Origin: Camelus dromedarius
Taxonomy: Eukaryota
Reading direction: 5' to 3'
Assembly: GCF_036321535.1 (NCBI RefSeq)
Contig: NC_087437.1
Coordinates: 86,616,001 to 86,680,000, forward strand
Length of the DNA: 64,000 nt
Shown in pieces: positions 1-14,814 of the stretch; position 1 is the stretch's first letter, and the number at the start of each line of letters is the position of its first letter. The translations under genes and the position numbers were made by a program. The notes under the pieces were generated by a model that saw nothing but the letters and a program-made list of their open reading frames with translations, searched no databases and was not told the origin of the DNA.

Positions 1-325
1 AAGCACTGGTCAGGTATTTTGTAGCATTTCATTTTGGGTTTGTCTGATATTTTCCTCATGGTAAGACTGGGATTATGGATTTGGGGGAGGAATATCATAG
101 TGTTTATGTATCATCTCATCAGATCACATCAGTGGACATCATGTCAACAGTGGCTTATGGTTGATGATATTAACTTTGATTACCAGGCTAGGGTGGTGTT
201 TGCCAGGTTTCTCCACTTAGTAAACCACTAAGCACTGTCCACACTCCTGGGTGGGGGTGGGCTGGAGTTAAGATCCACCTCCTGGAGGAGGGAATATCTA
301 TGTGAAGTATCTGGAATTCTTCTGG
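1..325 (-). mobile_element. Old L1 (L1MC/ME-type) 3' region fragment
   Basis: Recalled L1M 3'-UTR text such as 'ctggtcaggtattttgtag...ttgggtttgtctgatattttcctcatggtaagactgggattatggatttgggg'; runs off the window edge. Confidence 0.6.
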
Positions 326-2289
326 TCAACGTGCATTCTTATTCCTCTTCCTCTCCTTTCCATCTTGCAGTTTTCACAGAATCAAAGGTAGAAACATGGC
401 AGTAGCTACAGCTTTTGATTTAGGGAATTTTATCACATTGCTGTATAGAAGAGGTGTGCCCAGACAGCAAAGTCTCTGCCATCTCTATGATGTTTTCAGT
501 ATAACTGAAAGTAATTGTTGTAGAATAGCTCCACAATCTTTTATTTTTGTTTTTTCTTTACTCTTTATTATAACTTTATTTTTATTGACCAAGTTAACAT
601 GTACTGTCATCCATGAAAGCCTTTTGGGAAGAGATGACATTGATCCTTGCGTTGGTGCCATTTGGGGTTATACCGTCGCTATACATTTCAGCATTATGCA
701 GTTAACATCCTGTCAATACATAGCCCACACGAATGAGCTAGAGTTATGTAACATTGCTAGAAAGTTTTAAACAAATGGTAAGATACTCTGACAAGACACT
801 TTTTAAATTGAATACAGAAAAAGTCCTCTTTGGGTAAGTAATGTGTGTTGCACAGTTAGGTTTCAGTGTGATCCTCCCAGAGTCCAGCCAGAAGAAGGGT
901 GTGCAACTATGTGAATTATACTCACTGATCCTTCCAGTCCTTTGTGCATATTTACAAATCCCTACCCCCTTCACACCACAGCTGGTGCTTATTTCCACCA
1001 CTGAGTTTTAAATAATTCAGTGAAATTTTTGAGAAACAGGGAATGTTTTGCATAATTTTGAAGCTTGATTACTATTTGCACCAAATGCTGCTGATCAGCA
1101 AGATTGCCTCAATGGGAATAGAGAAGATTCCTTTTGAATTGAAATTCAAAACAAATTCATTATTCTAAGAGTTTGAAAAGAGAAGAATCATCCCAATACA
1201 CATTTTGCATTTAAGACAGGAAAACTATGAAGGTAGATCACAATACAACGTGAGAAGGAGGTCTGTTTGGTAGGCTTTGCTTCTGAACCATTAACAAGGA
1301 ATAACAGTCACTTATGCCAGTTTTATTAAATTTACCATTTGTTTTTCTTATGATCTTGTTCATTCACTTGTAGAATTTTCTCTCTTTCTCTCTCCATTCC
1401 ACCTCAAGAATTATCATTAATGTTAAATATTTCATTATTATGCAAGAAATAATAAGATCCCACTTGAATGTTCTTTGTATAAATTTTTATTTTTAATTAA
1501 ATGGAACCCAATTCTTTAAAGAGCATGAAAAGCAAATAAAGCACATGACTCATAAGAGATGTAGAGGACAACTTGGTTTAGAAAGAGATTATTTCTAATA
1601 TGAAAAAATAATATGAAAAGTGATTTGGAGCATACTGACTTAAAGGATAGCTCAGGTCAAGAAATAGAAGGAAACCAGCGCAAAGAAATAGGAAAGTTAG
1701 TCAAGGGAATAAATAATCTAAGAATTTTCCTTAAAGTATTAGAAATGGAGGGTAGACTAATTCTATGTATTATGCACAGAGTCCAAGAAGATTGGAACTG
1801 GGTTTGAAGATGATGGAAAAGAAATTTCCAGACTCAGTTAGTTCTACCTATAGGCATTGTCAAGCATAAGAAGGGATATAGCATTCATGAGTGAGGGCAG
1901 ATTTCTTGAGTCTGCCTTCTGTCTCTCAAAATTATGCACATTGGGGAATTCTGAACACATAGCTGCCCTCACACTGGCTGAAATAGTCAGGTCATCACAC
2001 ATTAAAAAAAAAAAGTCTATGACATAGAAAGTGATAATTCTGCTATTCAGGAAGTGCTGTCCAAAGAACAAAGGTATTTAGGGGAGTTTCAGGTCATTAA
2101 ATTCTTGATGCACCATACTTGGCAATCCTTCTGATGCATCTGAAAGACACTTTATGCCACCTCTTATTATCTACCCCTACTCTCCAATACCTAAAAATGT
2201 TCTCTTTAAGTCTACACACAGGGGCTTTTCTAGCAAAGATGAGGTGATGACCTGCACACCACCTTTTTGTTAGCATATAATTTATTAGA

Positions 2290-2430
2290 TTTGTCCCATA
2301 TGAACTTGCTAGTCTTCATGAATATCATGTGAAGGGAGGAGGTATCTTGATTTCATTCAGTGATTAATACCAAGCAATACCTGAAAGAGGAGGTTCCCAA
2401 TAATATTTGTTGAATAAGAAAATAAAGGAA
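2290..2430. mobile_element. L2 3'-end fragment
   Basis: L2 terminal motif 'caataatatttgttgaataagaa'. Confidence 0.45.
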
Positions 2431-3689
2431 TGGAGGTGTCATTTGACCTCTAACACATTCAAGTAGATATAATAAACCATTTTATAACATGATTTTCCAA
2501 CAGTAAGATTACTTTGACTTTTGTATGAAGTAGAGAAGGTGGTTTTTATATTTGAGGTAGCAGTCCTTCAGTCATTGCATTGCCATTTAGACATACAACA
2601 TCTGGATACTCCAAAGTCTTATGGAAGCAAGTGCATAAGAAATTAAAGAAGTGTTAACTGGTAAAATTTTAATGCAGATAATATAAGGATGATGCATTAA
2701 GTGGAAGGAACCAGGAGATGGTTCATATTTTTTCTGAATGCAAAAGTCTATGATTTGTTCCTGTTAGCATTTGGATTTTTAAAGAGGAAGAATGCTGTAT
2801 ACATTTGCAACTTTAATTCTTGGAGTTTACAGAATAAGAGTGATCTTGTTCCTTTTCTTAGTTATCCATGGAAATCACATATTTATTGACAGACACTAGA
2901 GAAAATATGTAATCTGACTAATTTCTTTCTGAATTTGGGGCTAAATTATGCTAATATTTTATTTGGGGCAAACCTTCCATCCCACTTGGAATAACTGACT
3001 ACAAAGGCTTTGGACACTGAAGCTGGCTTCAGAGACTGATGCTTCTGAGTTTTAGGAACCTTTTTAACCTTCCTATTTGCTTCTGGAGAGAACTCAGTGT
3101 GGTGAGTGGATGAGTGATCCCTGTCATGAAGCCCATGAAATGGTCTTTGTGGTTTAATGAACCCGTGTTTAATAAGTGTAATTATGATCAAGTAAACAGA
3201 AAGCAATTAGAAAAGTCCTGGATTCCCCCCAGCTCCTTTAGCTTTCCAGGAAGCACATGGAAAATAAATATTGAACTAATTTCCTGTCTGCCCTATGCTG
3301 TGCAAACATGTGCTGGACTCTGGGATACCAGAGTATATGCCAAATTCTCATTTCTTTCTCTACCAGATATTTCAGGTATGGTTGTACTGGGGAAAAAAGG
3401 AAATGAGTGGAGAAATTTATCTGTTGGAAAAAGCTTTTCATTTAGGACTCCATAATGGTAGATCTTCTTAAAAGAAGTGATGTAAAAACCTTATTTTTAT
3501 CTACTTCTTTCAAATCATATCTGAAAGAAAATGCTGGATATGAGATGTCTGGGCTAATGAATATACATTAAATGGGTTGGGAAAAAACAACTAGGAATAG
3601 TTATAAAAATACCTATTTTAAATGTATCCTATGAATATATTACATATGTTATGCATATACAGGCCAGTGCAGTAATAACTTTCTAATCA

Positions 3690-3940
3690 ATTTGTCGTCC
3701 AGTGAAAAGAGCTTGGATCAGACCATGAAGCAATCTAGGGAGGAAAAGAGCTGAAGATTCTTATTCCTGTTCTGACATCAACTAACCCTTTGACTGAAAG
3801 CAGATATCCAATTACCTGAGATTCAATATTTTTGTTTATAATATTTGGGAAATAACACCTACTTCAAATTGGAATAGCAGATGGAATGAGACATGTGGAT
3901 GTATTTGAAAATATCTATGCAGTTACAAGTGTTACATATT
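3690..3940 (+). mobile_element. Degenerate MIR SINE
   Basis: MIR core-like 'gaagattcttattcctgttctgacatcaactaacc...tttataatatttgggaaataacacctacttca'. Confidence 0.5.
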
Positions 3941-5489
3941 ATAAAATACGAAAAAGAAGAGAAAGAGAAGGAGAAGACAAAGTAGAAATTCTAAGGAAAC
4001 CCCTGTCTTCTATACTATGTTTTCTAATTTCCTCAGAGTGTATCTTTTTTCTTAGTCATCAAGACCTTGGAGTTAACCAATCACCGTTTTCAGGAAATTT
4101 TGGAAATTGCCTTCTTAGAGAAGGCCTAAAGCTTTAAATTCAGTGTCTTCCCTAGTTTAAATATCTTGACTTTAAAAGTAAAACCAAGATAGTTCAGACC
4201 ACCCTATGTAGAAAATAAAATTTTCAGTAATTAGAAAAAAATATAGTTTCTTAAATAATCAAGAATGTCTGCAATAAATTACACAAGCAAATCCCAAGCC
4301 ATTAAAATGAGTTTTAATAATCCAATTACATTTTATTTTCTAGGAAAGTCAATATTGTATAATCATAATATTTCAATCAGTAGAAGAAGCAAAATTACCC
4401 TAAATGATAATTTCATTAGTGCCTATGAGGAAGTCAATAAAAGAGAAGCTCTTCTCCTTGAGCATATATCCAGCTTCCTGATCCTGACTGTCCAATTAAG
4501 AAACTTGCATCATTAATTCAAGTCAAGTGATCGATCTACTTTTCAAATGTAAAGCAGATAATCAGCTGTAGCAGAGTCTTGCATTTATTAAAACTACAAT
4601 GTCAAAATATGCCAATATTTGCAGGAGTGATTAGAAGAGCTTGCTAGATCAGATTTCTTTGTAAACATTGTCCTTAAGTATTTTATTCCTGTTTGGCTCC
4701 TTGATCTGTGCAGGGATAAACAGAGCTGGCTAAAGTGCATTCACTGAAAGAGAAAAATGCTGTAATGAATGGGTTTTGCTGAGCCTTCACTGAATAGATT
4801 GCTTTGGATGTTCAGATGCTATTACCTTATTTAAGGGAAAACACACACTTATATAAGGAAAGCACTAAAAATTAAATTCTGTAGGCTGCTTTCTGATGTC
4901 GAGAACAAAGAGATGCCCAGACTCTGACTACACATAATTTGAAGTCCAAAGACAGCCAGGCGCCCAGTGTGGCAGTTTGATGGCCACCATTTAGCATGAG
5001 TTTCATCCTGTTGCTGGTTCTGCTCATGAATGATAGTGGTCTGCTAGAGGTAATTGGGAATTTGTGTAATTTTTAATTGATGGCTGTATGGGGAGAGGGA
5101 GAAACTCCACCACGGTCGTGGAATATCACTCTTTACTTTCAGTCTGATGGCCGGTTGAAACCACAAGTCTACTCCTGCACCAATAGCAGTCACAGAGGAA
5201 TTTCATGCTCAGATTAGCCTAAGCTATATCCGTGGGGTAGGGTTTGGGTGACCTTTGTGAGATGTGTAACTCAGATCTCCTTCAAGAGAACTTGTTGCAG
5301 GGAGCATGGGAGGCTGAAGGCCCATTTGCCATCTCCCTGTATCCACCTCTGCTTGTCCAAGGTCATGCTACCCCAGGCCACTCCAAGACAATGATCCGGG
5401 TGCAAGCTCTTTTCTGCAGGGTTCAGAAGGCAGGACCCATCTAATGGGCAACATCTAAGATTCCTTGTTTTATATGACTTAAAGAGTCT

Positions 5490-5830
5490 TTTGATGGTGG
5501 GACACAACACACTGACACTTGGATAGATCAAAGGCAGAACTCTCTTTTACTTACAGTTCTAATATGGAGGTAACAGTCAGGCAGGGCCACATGGGAGGTT
5601 GGCCTTCAAGGACAGGATAACAGCCAGCTGGAGCTGTAAGGGGAGGGTTACGTATGGAAGTAACGTGAGGTTAGCTAGGTGTCCCAGGATCCCTGTGGAG
5701 TGGCTAATTTGAATATTTTTGTGGATGCTGGAGTCTGGGGGCTGTCCTCAGTTGTCTAGTTCCTGACCCTGAGTCTATTAGGGAAGGTGCATAGTGTGTA
5801 TAGTCCAGCGTGTGAAAGCCCAGCATGTGG
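5490..5830. mobile_element. Old ERVL-type LTR fragment (MER54/MER74-like)
   Basis: Recalled LTR text 'acacactgacacttggatagat...gagtggctaatttgaata...gggggctgtcctcagttgtctagt'. Confidence 0.45.
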
Positions 5831-6310
5831 TACAGACTTAATCAGCTGCTCAAGAAGGGGCACTGTCTGACTTTTAGCCAAAACCTCAAAAACTGGGGCA
5901 AGGCCACATTACAAAAACAGAAACTTTATTATCTCCTCCGCCTGTCCAGTCCTCCTTCCACATGGCCTTCATGGAGGTCTGAAGGCTCTCTCTACCTTCT
6001 ACTGCTGCTTCTGTTTTATTTTTCTTAGATTTTTCTATTCCACTGGTAAAAATGAGGCATTTCCTTTGTGCAAACAAAGGCAAGCAAGAGACCACCTGTT
6101 CAACTGGAAATTTTCCTCGGAAATATCATAGTTTCTTAGGTAGCATCAAATGATAACCATTTATATTTTAATTCAGTAATCATTATATTTTGGCCAAAAG
6201 TAACCATTGTTTAAACTTTCTTTTGGTTATGCAGTGCTCTAAATGGAAATTTAATTTTATTTACTGAAAGAAAGAATAAACCGGGAAGTGCAGCCCGTGG
6301 TGCAGCTGCT

Positions 6311-6552
6311 GGGGCGGCCGTTAGACCGGGGCGGCCTTTAGACCAGGGCGGCCGTTAGACCGGGGCACCCGTTAGACGGGGCGGCCGTTAGACCGGGGCA
6401 CCATTAGACGGGGGCGGCCGTTTGACCGGGGCGGCCTTTAGACCAGGGCACCGTTAGACGGGGCGGCTGTTAGACCAGGCCGGCTGTTAGACCGGAGTGG
6501 CCGTTAGACGGGGTGGCCGTTAGACCGGGGCACCGTTAGACCGGGGTGGCCG
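6311..6552 (+). repeat. GC-rich minisatellite, consensus GGGGCGGCCGTTAGACC (15-17 bp units, 14 copies plus a partial)
   Basis: Units read directly, e.g. 6311-6327, 6328-6344, 6345-6361 through 6527-6542. Confidence 0.97.
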
Positions 6553-6603
6553 CGGAGGGACGAGGAAGCTCTGTGCTCCGGGGTCCGAGCTACTGCTGTG
6601 GCG

Positions 6604-7857
<1,254 letters not shown>

Positions 7858-7904
7858 AGGAGAGAAGGCTGGTTAGGAGCATCTTAGGGTGCGGTGGAGT
7901 AATT

Positions 7905-8307
7905 TTTCCATTTTAAACTTCCCTCTCTTGTTTTGAAAGTATACACTCTATTTCTGTTCTTTATTGGTTAGTCTAAAAATTTTAACCTGTGTATTTAATT
8001 TAACAGTGTCTTTAATCAAAATCTTTATTTTTCTTTTAAACAATACATGGATCTTAGAATTCTTCAACATTAATCATTCCCTTTGAATTTGTATACTTTT
8101 GTAACCCAATATTTTAATTTTATTATTTCATTAATTTCACAAATCAGGTATTTTGTTATTTTTCAACAGTTGATATTTGCGTAGATTTACCCATGTGTTT
8201 AATATTTTCTTTGCTCGCTCTTCTTTTTTATGTCTCAGATCTTCTATCTGGGATTATTATCCTTCTATCTTGAAGAATATCCTTTAGAAGTTCCTTTTCT
8301 GAGGATT
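7905..8307 (-). mobile_element. Ancient L1ME-like fragment inside the retrocopy 3' part
   Basis: 8180-8310 aligns loosely by eye with the L1M-like sequence at 59670-59790 in this window. Confidence 0.55.
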
Positions 8308-8480
8308 TGTGGTAGACAGACTTCTAAGGTGGCTCCCAAGATCCCTACCCACTTGTGTACACAGTCTCTATAATCTCTTGAGTGTGTGAAGAACTCATGA
8401 ACATGATGGCAGTTTACTCCTGCGATTATGCTATGTATCTCCTAAAGCGATTTGCTGATGTAATGAAAGCCATAACCATT
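8308..8480 (+). mobile_element. MLT1 (MLT1D/E-like) LTR 5' fragment
   Basis: Starts 'tgtggtagacagacttctaaggtggctcccaagatccc' and contains 'atttgctgatgtaatgaa'. Confidence 0.65.
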
Positions 8481-8630
8481 TGGCTGTGTGTGTGTGTGAA
8501 TGAACAATATTTTTTCATGTCTACCATAGTTTTCTTTACCTCTTTCAGTTACATTTTTCTGTGTTTAGGTTCCTCAAAGCTTTCCAAGGTTTGTGTCATT
8601 CATTAATTTATTCATTAAATAAATAAGCAA

Positions 8631-9064
8631 TTTGCAGCAACATGGATGGACCTGGAGATTGTCATTCTAAGTGAAGAAGGCCAGAAAGAGAAAGAGAAAT
8701 ACCATATGATATCATATGTGGAATCTTAAAAAAAAGAAAAAAAGAGGACACTAATGAACTCATTTACATAACAGAAACAGATTCACAGACATAGTAAACA
8801 ACTTTAGGGTTACGGAGGTGGGGGTAAGGGGTGGGAAGGGATAAATTTGGGAGTTTGAGATTTGCAAATGATAACCACTATATAAAAATGGGTAAGAAAT
8901 TTCTTCTCTATAGCACAGGGAACTATATTCAATATCTTGTAAAAACCTTTAATGGAAAAGAATATGAAAATAAATACATGTGTATGTATGCATGACTGGG
9001 ACATTATGCTGTACACCAGAAATTGACACATTGTAATTGACTGTACTTCAATAATTTAAAAAAA
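8631..9064 (+). mobile_element. 5'-truncated lineage-specific L1 (end of ORF2 plus 3' UTR)
   Basis: 'tttgcagcaacatggatggacctggagattgtcattctaagtgaag', 'tatagcacagggaactatattcaatatcttgt', and end 'ctgtacttcaataatttaaaaaaa'. Confidence 0.92.
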
Positions 9065-12000
9065 GCAGTTGTAACAAAATGAAGATGAATCGGTGCTCTT
9101 GACCCACAATAAAATACCCATCAATTCTTTAAATAAATTAAAAAAAAGAATAAACCTTTTCATATATTATTAATTGTTGACATATTGGTTGTTCATTGCA
9201 TTCATAAGGCATGCCATGCTTTTAAAAAGGTTATAAGATTTTAAAATTATTTTGGAATTGACTTCCATAGACATGCCATGTTTTAAAAATACTTTAGTTA
9301 CTTTGCATCAAACCATTCAGCAACCTTTTAGACAGTTTCAATGTTTCCCCTCCAGCACATGAGATAATTAAAAGTGGACCTTTAGGTACGCTGGTCTAGT
9401 GAAATATTTTGTGTGTGGAGAGTAGAAATTCAAGTTTTGTTTCTGTTTTATTTTAAAAAGAAGTTATGGCCCTTTATTCTTTTTTTTTTTTTTTTTTTTT
9501 TACCAATTTACTTAGATGTGGACAAAGGCAGAGGTACCTCATGTGTACTTTTTTCTGGAAGAAGCTAGAGGAAAGGCTGTTTGTTTGTGTCTGTGTATGA
9601 TATGTATTAGTAATGTTACTCAGTATTTGGTTATAGCTTCTACTTCTGAGTTTTTGGACATGAGAGGCCACCTAAGGAATTTTTTAAAAAGCACCAGAAT
9701 CTACTAAATGAACTATAATAAAGCAATCAATTTACAGATTAATCAATTAATATTTCTTTTTGTAATGTGAAAGAAGATAACATTGAGAACTCTAAAACCT
9801 CCTCATCATAGGTGGACCCATCTTCTCAGGCAACTCAAAAAAGACAAGCTGTCCTTCTCAGAGCACTTCAAGGTAGTATCCTGGAGATTACTGGGTAATA
9901 AGAATAGGATGGATAATGCAGTGCACTCTTTCAAGGTCATAATTCCCCTAGATCTTTACCCTACATCAATTCTAAGATTATCAGAATTTTATTAACCAAC
10001 TACAGAGAGGTTATATAACTTCTCTTGCTTCATTTTCCAGTTCTTTTAACTCAGACTTTGTGTAAGTTCAGATATACTGAATCTTCTCTGTGGTCTTAAA
10101 TTTATAACTACCCATCTATAAAATTCTTAAGTTCAGGTGTATGTATGTACATAGATACAGCACACACAAGAATTCAATACTCATGTATTATAAACATACA
10201 CATGTAATGCTCTGAAACACAGCTGTTACATTGCTGCATTGCTTTTATATCAAGCTGTGCACTCGTAATATTTGTTTTGTTTACTGATGTGGATTCATGT
10301 TAGCATTTGTCTTAGATATTAAATGGCTAGGTGAAGAATGATATGTTTGAAATGAGTATGGGTTAATTTAAACAATATGATTTGATGACAATTTTAAGAA
10401 AACATAATACATAAGGCTTTACTCACATGGCTAATTTTCTTTAATACCCATATAGCAGGAATCATACCATTTGTTAAAAAAATGTTAATTTTCTTTGTAA
10501 GAAATGTATAGCAATTGAAGAAATACCATGCTTAGGATAGAGGTTACAAACATGTTTCTCCTTTACAGGGCACTTGATAGCATCAGGGTCTTTAAAATTA
10601 AATATTTCTGATAAAACTATCATAGAAAAAAGGGCATTGGAATGCAATTTCAGATAGGGAAAACTCAAGCTTTGTTTAATCACTTAGTTAAAACTAGTTT
10701 GAATAAAATGAAAATTGAGTAATATTTCTATAAGAGATTACTACAGAAAAAAATTTACAGGAAAATACTACATATTAAATATTTGTGAAATAAATTATTA
10801 GAGTGTCTTACACAGTCATTGCAAATGGTGGCAATTCAAGTGTGATAAAGCTTCTTGTTGACATTTACACAAATTCTTACTCTTATAGACTGTTTTCATA
10901 GGAGGGGCAGAGTGAAGGAAGAGGGAACTGATATAGGTATTGCCAAATAAAAATAGAAAAGGTTATGTCCCTCATTAATTAGATTATGTCCCTACACTCA
11001 AATAAGCAAGCAAACTACACTAAACTAAAAGTAACCGACAAAAACCTGGTCATACTGATTGTTCCATTGTTAGTTTCCTAACATGTAAGTCACGCACTTT
11101 TTATAAAGCAACAGAAGTCATTTCCATTAGTGTTATTAAAATAAGGTTAAATTTCACTAAAAATAATCAAACTGCAGAAAGAGCTAAAATACATTCTTAT
11201 ATCTATCATAGACTTTTAAAAAATTTACATAGGTAAAGTTTAACAGGAAGATTTCCGAGGTGGACTTTAGATGTACTTTCAAATTCTTTCTCAAAGTGAA
11301 AAATTTTAAACATAGTTCTTTCGTCAGTTGCCTGATCTTTTCCCTTAAAGTTATATACTTTCCAATTTATTTAAATTTGTTTTCCACCAAATGAAGTCAT
11401 TTGTACTAAGAGGTTAAAAAAATGCTCACAAATCAAATCAGATCCCTGTTTAATATGCTGCTGTGAAATGTTGGGCTGTGTAAGAACTAGCAGATAATTA
11501 ATGCTCCCCCTCCAAACATTAGTTCAAGGCACTGCTAATGAGTTCATCTTTTTTCTCTTTCAGACTTCAGCTCCATTAGCAGTGTTGTAATACCAAAGAT
11601 AATTAGTGCAGGATTGTCAGCTTGATTTTTCCTAACGTTATGGTCTTTATTTTGTACTATATTCTTTAAGGATCCCTCTGGGAGACTGTGGATCACTTTG
11701 TTGGTGAGGCAGGAGCCATTCATCTTAGCCTAACAAAAGCACAGTTTAATTAAGAAGCATTCTGCCATTTATTGTGTTCTCTAGACTACAATTTTGATGC
11801 TGGTCTATAAATGTTAAGATTTGTCAGATTCAATTTCTCTGCTCTAATTTCCTATCAGAGAAAATGTGATACCAGGCATGGATCCAATTTTCCTTTTCTA
11901 TTAGCATTTATATTGACAGAATTAATGATTTTATTATCATCTTTGGCTTGTTGCTAAATAGCAGACATCATATTCCTTCTTGTGGATGGTTACATATATA

Positions 12001-13329
12001 TTGTAAACTTACTGTCCCAGGAGAAATTACAACTCATTCTATTAGATTTATTTCGAGGTGACCAAGTAAAGTGGTGGGAAAAGAAATCAGAAGAGCATTG
12101 GAAAAAGGATAGTATTCTCAAATAAGAAGAAAGGTTACTATTTTTTCTATATGAATAGTGTGTCCAAATGGATAGGCTTGCAAGATTCTGTAATATTCTC
12201 CCAGTAGGTTGACTTGTAATGCTTTTGATCCCTGATACCACACTGGAAATGAAATATTTGAGAATGTGTAAATCCTACACATTTTCATGACCCAAGAAAT
12301 ACTCTAATGGGACTATGAACCCCCATTAGATTTGGAGTAAAATTAATAACATCAAGAGGTGGTATACTTTGCATATTATTTCTCACCTTTTGGAACTCAG
12401 ATTCCTCCTTTACTAATCTAATCATCTCCCTGATTTAACTATAGTTTACCTATTAATTTACCTGCCAGATATTCAGCTTGGAGTGAGTTTTAAGTCCCTA
12501 TTCATGAATAACTTACCTGTTACTTAAGGGAAAATGAATTAGTTGTACAGTTTTATGAAAGGAAAAAAGAGCCATGATGAGGCACTCCTGTTTAATGTAG
12601 TTCTTTTCTTTGCAGGTTATTACCAGCAACCTCTTCTGGTACTCACCTTAACATTTAATAAGGGCATCAATGTTCTCAGAGTTTACAGCGGTCATACATT
12701 AGAAACTTTTACATCAAGATAAAGCCAGGAAATTTTATCACAAAATTTTATTTTACTTTTATGTAATGCATGGATGAGTATATTTAAATATATTTCTCTA
12801 ACATCTGTAGTAATGCAAAATGATAAAAGAGACTAGCTGGTACTCTTGTGCTCAATAAGTACAAGAATAATCATAATGTTGCCACAAGAAAAATGAAATG
12901 GGAATATATTCATGAAATGTAATTAAATATATTTAGTATCCAAATACTGTCTATATGCAAATTCCATGTCAACATTTTCTAAATTATATTCACCCTCTGA
13001 GACATGTATGACTAACATTATGATTTCAGTGTGGTGAACCAAATCAGTTACTCCAGAGATTTTTCAATGAATTTCTAGAGGCATTGAAAAACAGAGTCCA
13101 TCTGTCTACCACCATTCACATCCACGGCTTACAATTTAAAAATAAAACAGCAGAACACAGTGGCCCCTTTCCTAGTCACTACTCTTTCTCTTAGAAGAAG
13201 GAAGATGAGGGCCCTGGTCTACATTAATCCAAAATTTTTCTCCAAGAATCATGGCCTTGTCTCCACTCTCTGTCTTGAGACCATGAAAAATAATATCCAC
13301 ATGTCTCTATCCTGATCACACAAGTGACC

Positions 13330-14780
13330 ACAAGAAGCCCAGACTCCCAGGTCATCCTTGTCTTCTATGACTGAAGACTGCATACTTCCAATTCTCTTTT
13401 CATCTCTTAACCCTCCCCAACTGCTGAAAGCCTCCCACTGAGTCTTCTGGAACACACAGAATATTACTAAAAAAAAATTCCCCCAATTTTCAAACTTTTT
13501 TCTGAATGGTCCCTTTATTTCCTGCTCTAACAGAAATATAAATGTCCCTTGAGAACACTGCTTCCCCCATAGGCCTTTCTCATTCCACTGTGCCTGAAAG
13601 TGGGGCGAGTGTCCTTCTTGATATGAATTGCTGTCCCATGACCATTCTCTCTCCCTTTTCTCTAAGACCCCTTAACTTATGAATTTTATGTACCAGATAG
13701 TGGTATCCATTGCCTTCATTTTTGCAGTAATTGCTTACTACTGGGTCATAACCTCCACTCTAACTGCATCCTGTATCCTGAAAGCTTTTGCATCTGATTT
13801 ACTGTCACTCTAAAACCATGTCTTGGTGGTTTCAGTGTCCACATTGCTTATACTTACAAAACATTGACCTCTCAGCTCCTTGAGCTCCTTGTTCATCTCA
13901 CCTAGGTTTTCACTCCCTTGATCATACCCTAGACTTACCAGGACCAAGATCTCGAACATCATCAGAAACCTCAATTTCAAGCATCTCTCTGACAACCGCT
14001 TTTGTCGCTTCCTCTCACTCCCTCTGGTATGGTAAATACAATTCTTTAGCCCCTTCACCTGATCTTATCATGTCTTTGTTTTACGTCTCTCTTTTCCTGA
14101 TTTCTTTCTTCACCAGCTTGCATTCTTTAGCCAGTCATTAAATTCATTCCCTTGCATTCACTTTCGAGTTTTTTGTCCCGTCTTACTTCATTTTCCTCGA
14201 TTGGTTAGACCAGAGTTTCGAGTAAATCCATCTCTTCTTCTCTGTGCCAGCACTTGTGTAGGAGGATGTGGCTGTTTCACTTTAAATTAATAACCTTAAG
14301 TGGACTTTTAATGCCACCAGACAATCAGTGTATCTAGTCCATGCTCTCTCCCTGTCTCTACTTCTTCCATAATGTAACACCTCTCTTCTTTCTCTTCTCA
14401 TTCCTCACTCTCAGATGATGGCCATCTTTCATATATTTGTGAGAAAACTCAAAATCAGAAGAGACCTTTCAAAATCTCTACTACCATTTCTGCCTGTCTG
14501 TGAGCAACAGTACCCATATGCTCTGTCCAACCTCCCTTTAGAATGGATGAATCCTTGGTCTTTTTAAGGCCAGTTGCTTCACTTGCCCTGGAAATTCTCC
14601 CCTTTTTCTTCTGCATCAACAAATTTTCTTCCACTGTGGATTCCTTCATGCCGTCATGCCTCCATTAGGAGCTCCCCCTCCCTAAAACATAAAATCTCTT
14701 GATCTTCACTTCCCTTTCCACCAACTTCTTCGTTATCCAATTCTTTTTGTATTCAAAATTCTTGGAAGGTTTCTACATGA
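13330..14780. mobile_element. Long L2 internal fragment
   Basis: Pyrimidine-rich degenerate L2 ORF2-like text ('ggtcataacctccactc', 'gatcataccctagacttacca', 'cacttgccctggaaattctcccc'). Confidence 0.65.
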
Positions 14781-14814
14781 ACTGGCATCAGTCCCTCTAT
14801 TTCCAATGTTTTGT

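Noticed and set aside
6281..6290. ETS site CCGGGAAGTG at the insertion junction
   Set aside because: An extra G breaks the CCGGAAGT consensus; too weak on its own.
6311..6552. CRISPR-like array
   Set aside because: Units are head-to-tail with no unique spacers, there are no cas genes, and the DNA is mammalian. It is a minisatellite.
6598..6603. ORF-track start at 6598
   Set aside because: It is a GTG. The ATG at 6604 has strong Kozak context and matches the C2orf81 start.
9480..9501. Poly(T) runs here and at 22589-22608 as retro-insertions
   Set aside because: No adjacent element body or TSD found.
12600..12810. Isolated splice-like signals (plus-strand acceptor at 12615, minus-strand AAG|GTGAGT at 12647)
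   Set aside because: No convincing coding frame or partner exons; such motifs occur by chance in 64 kb.
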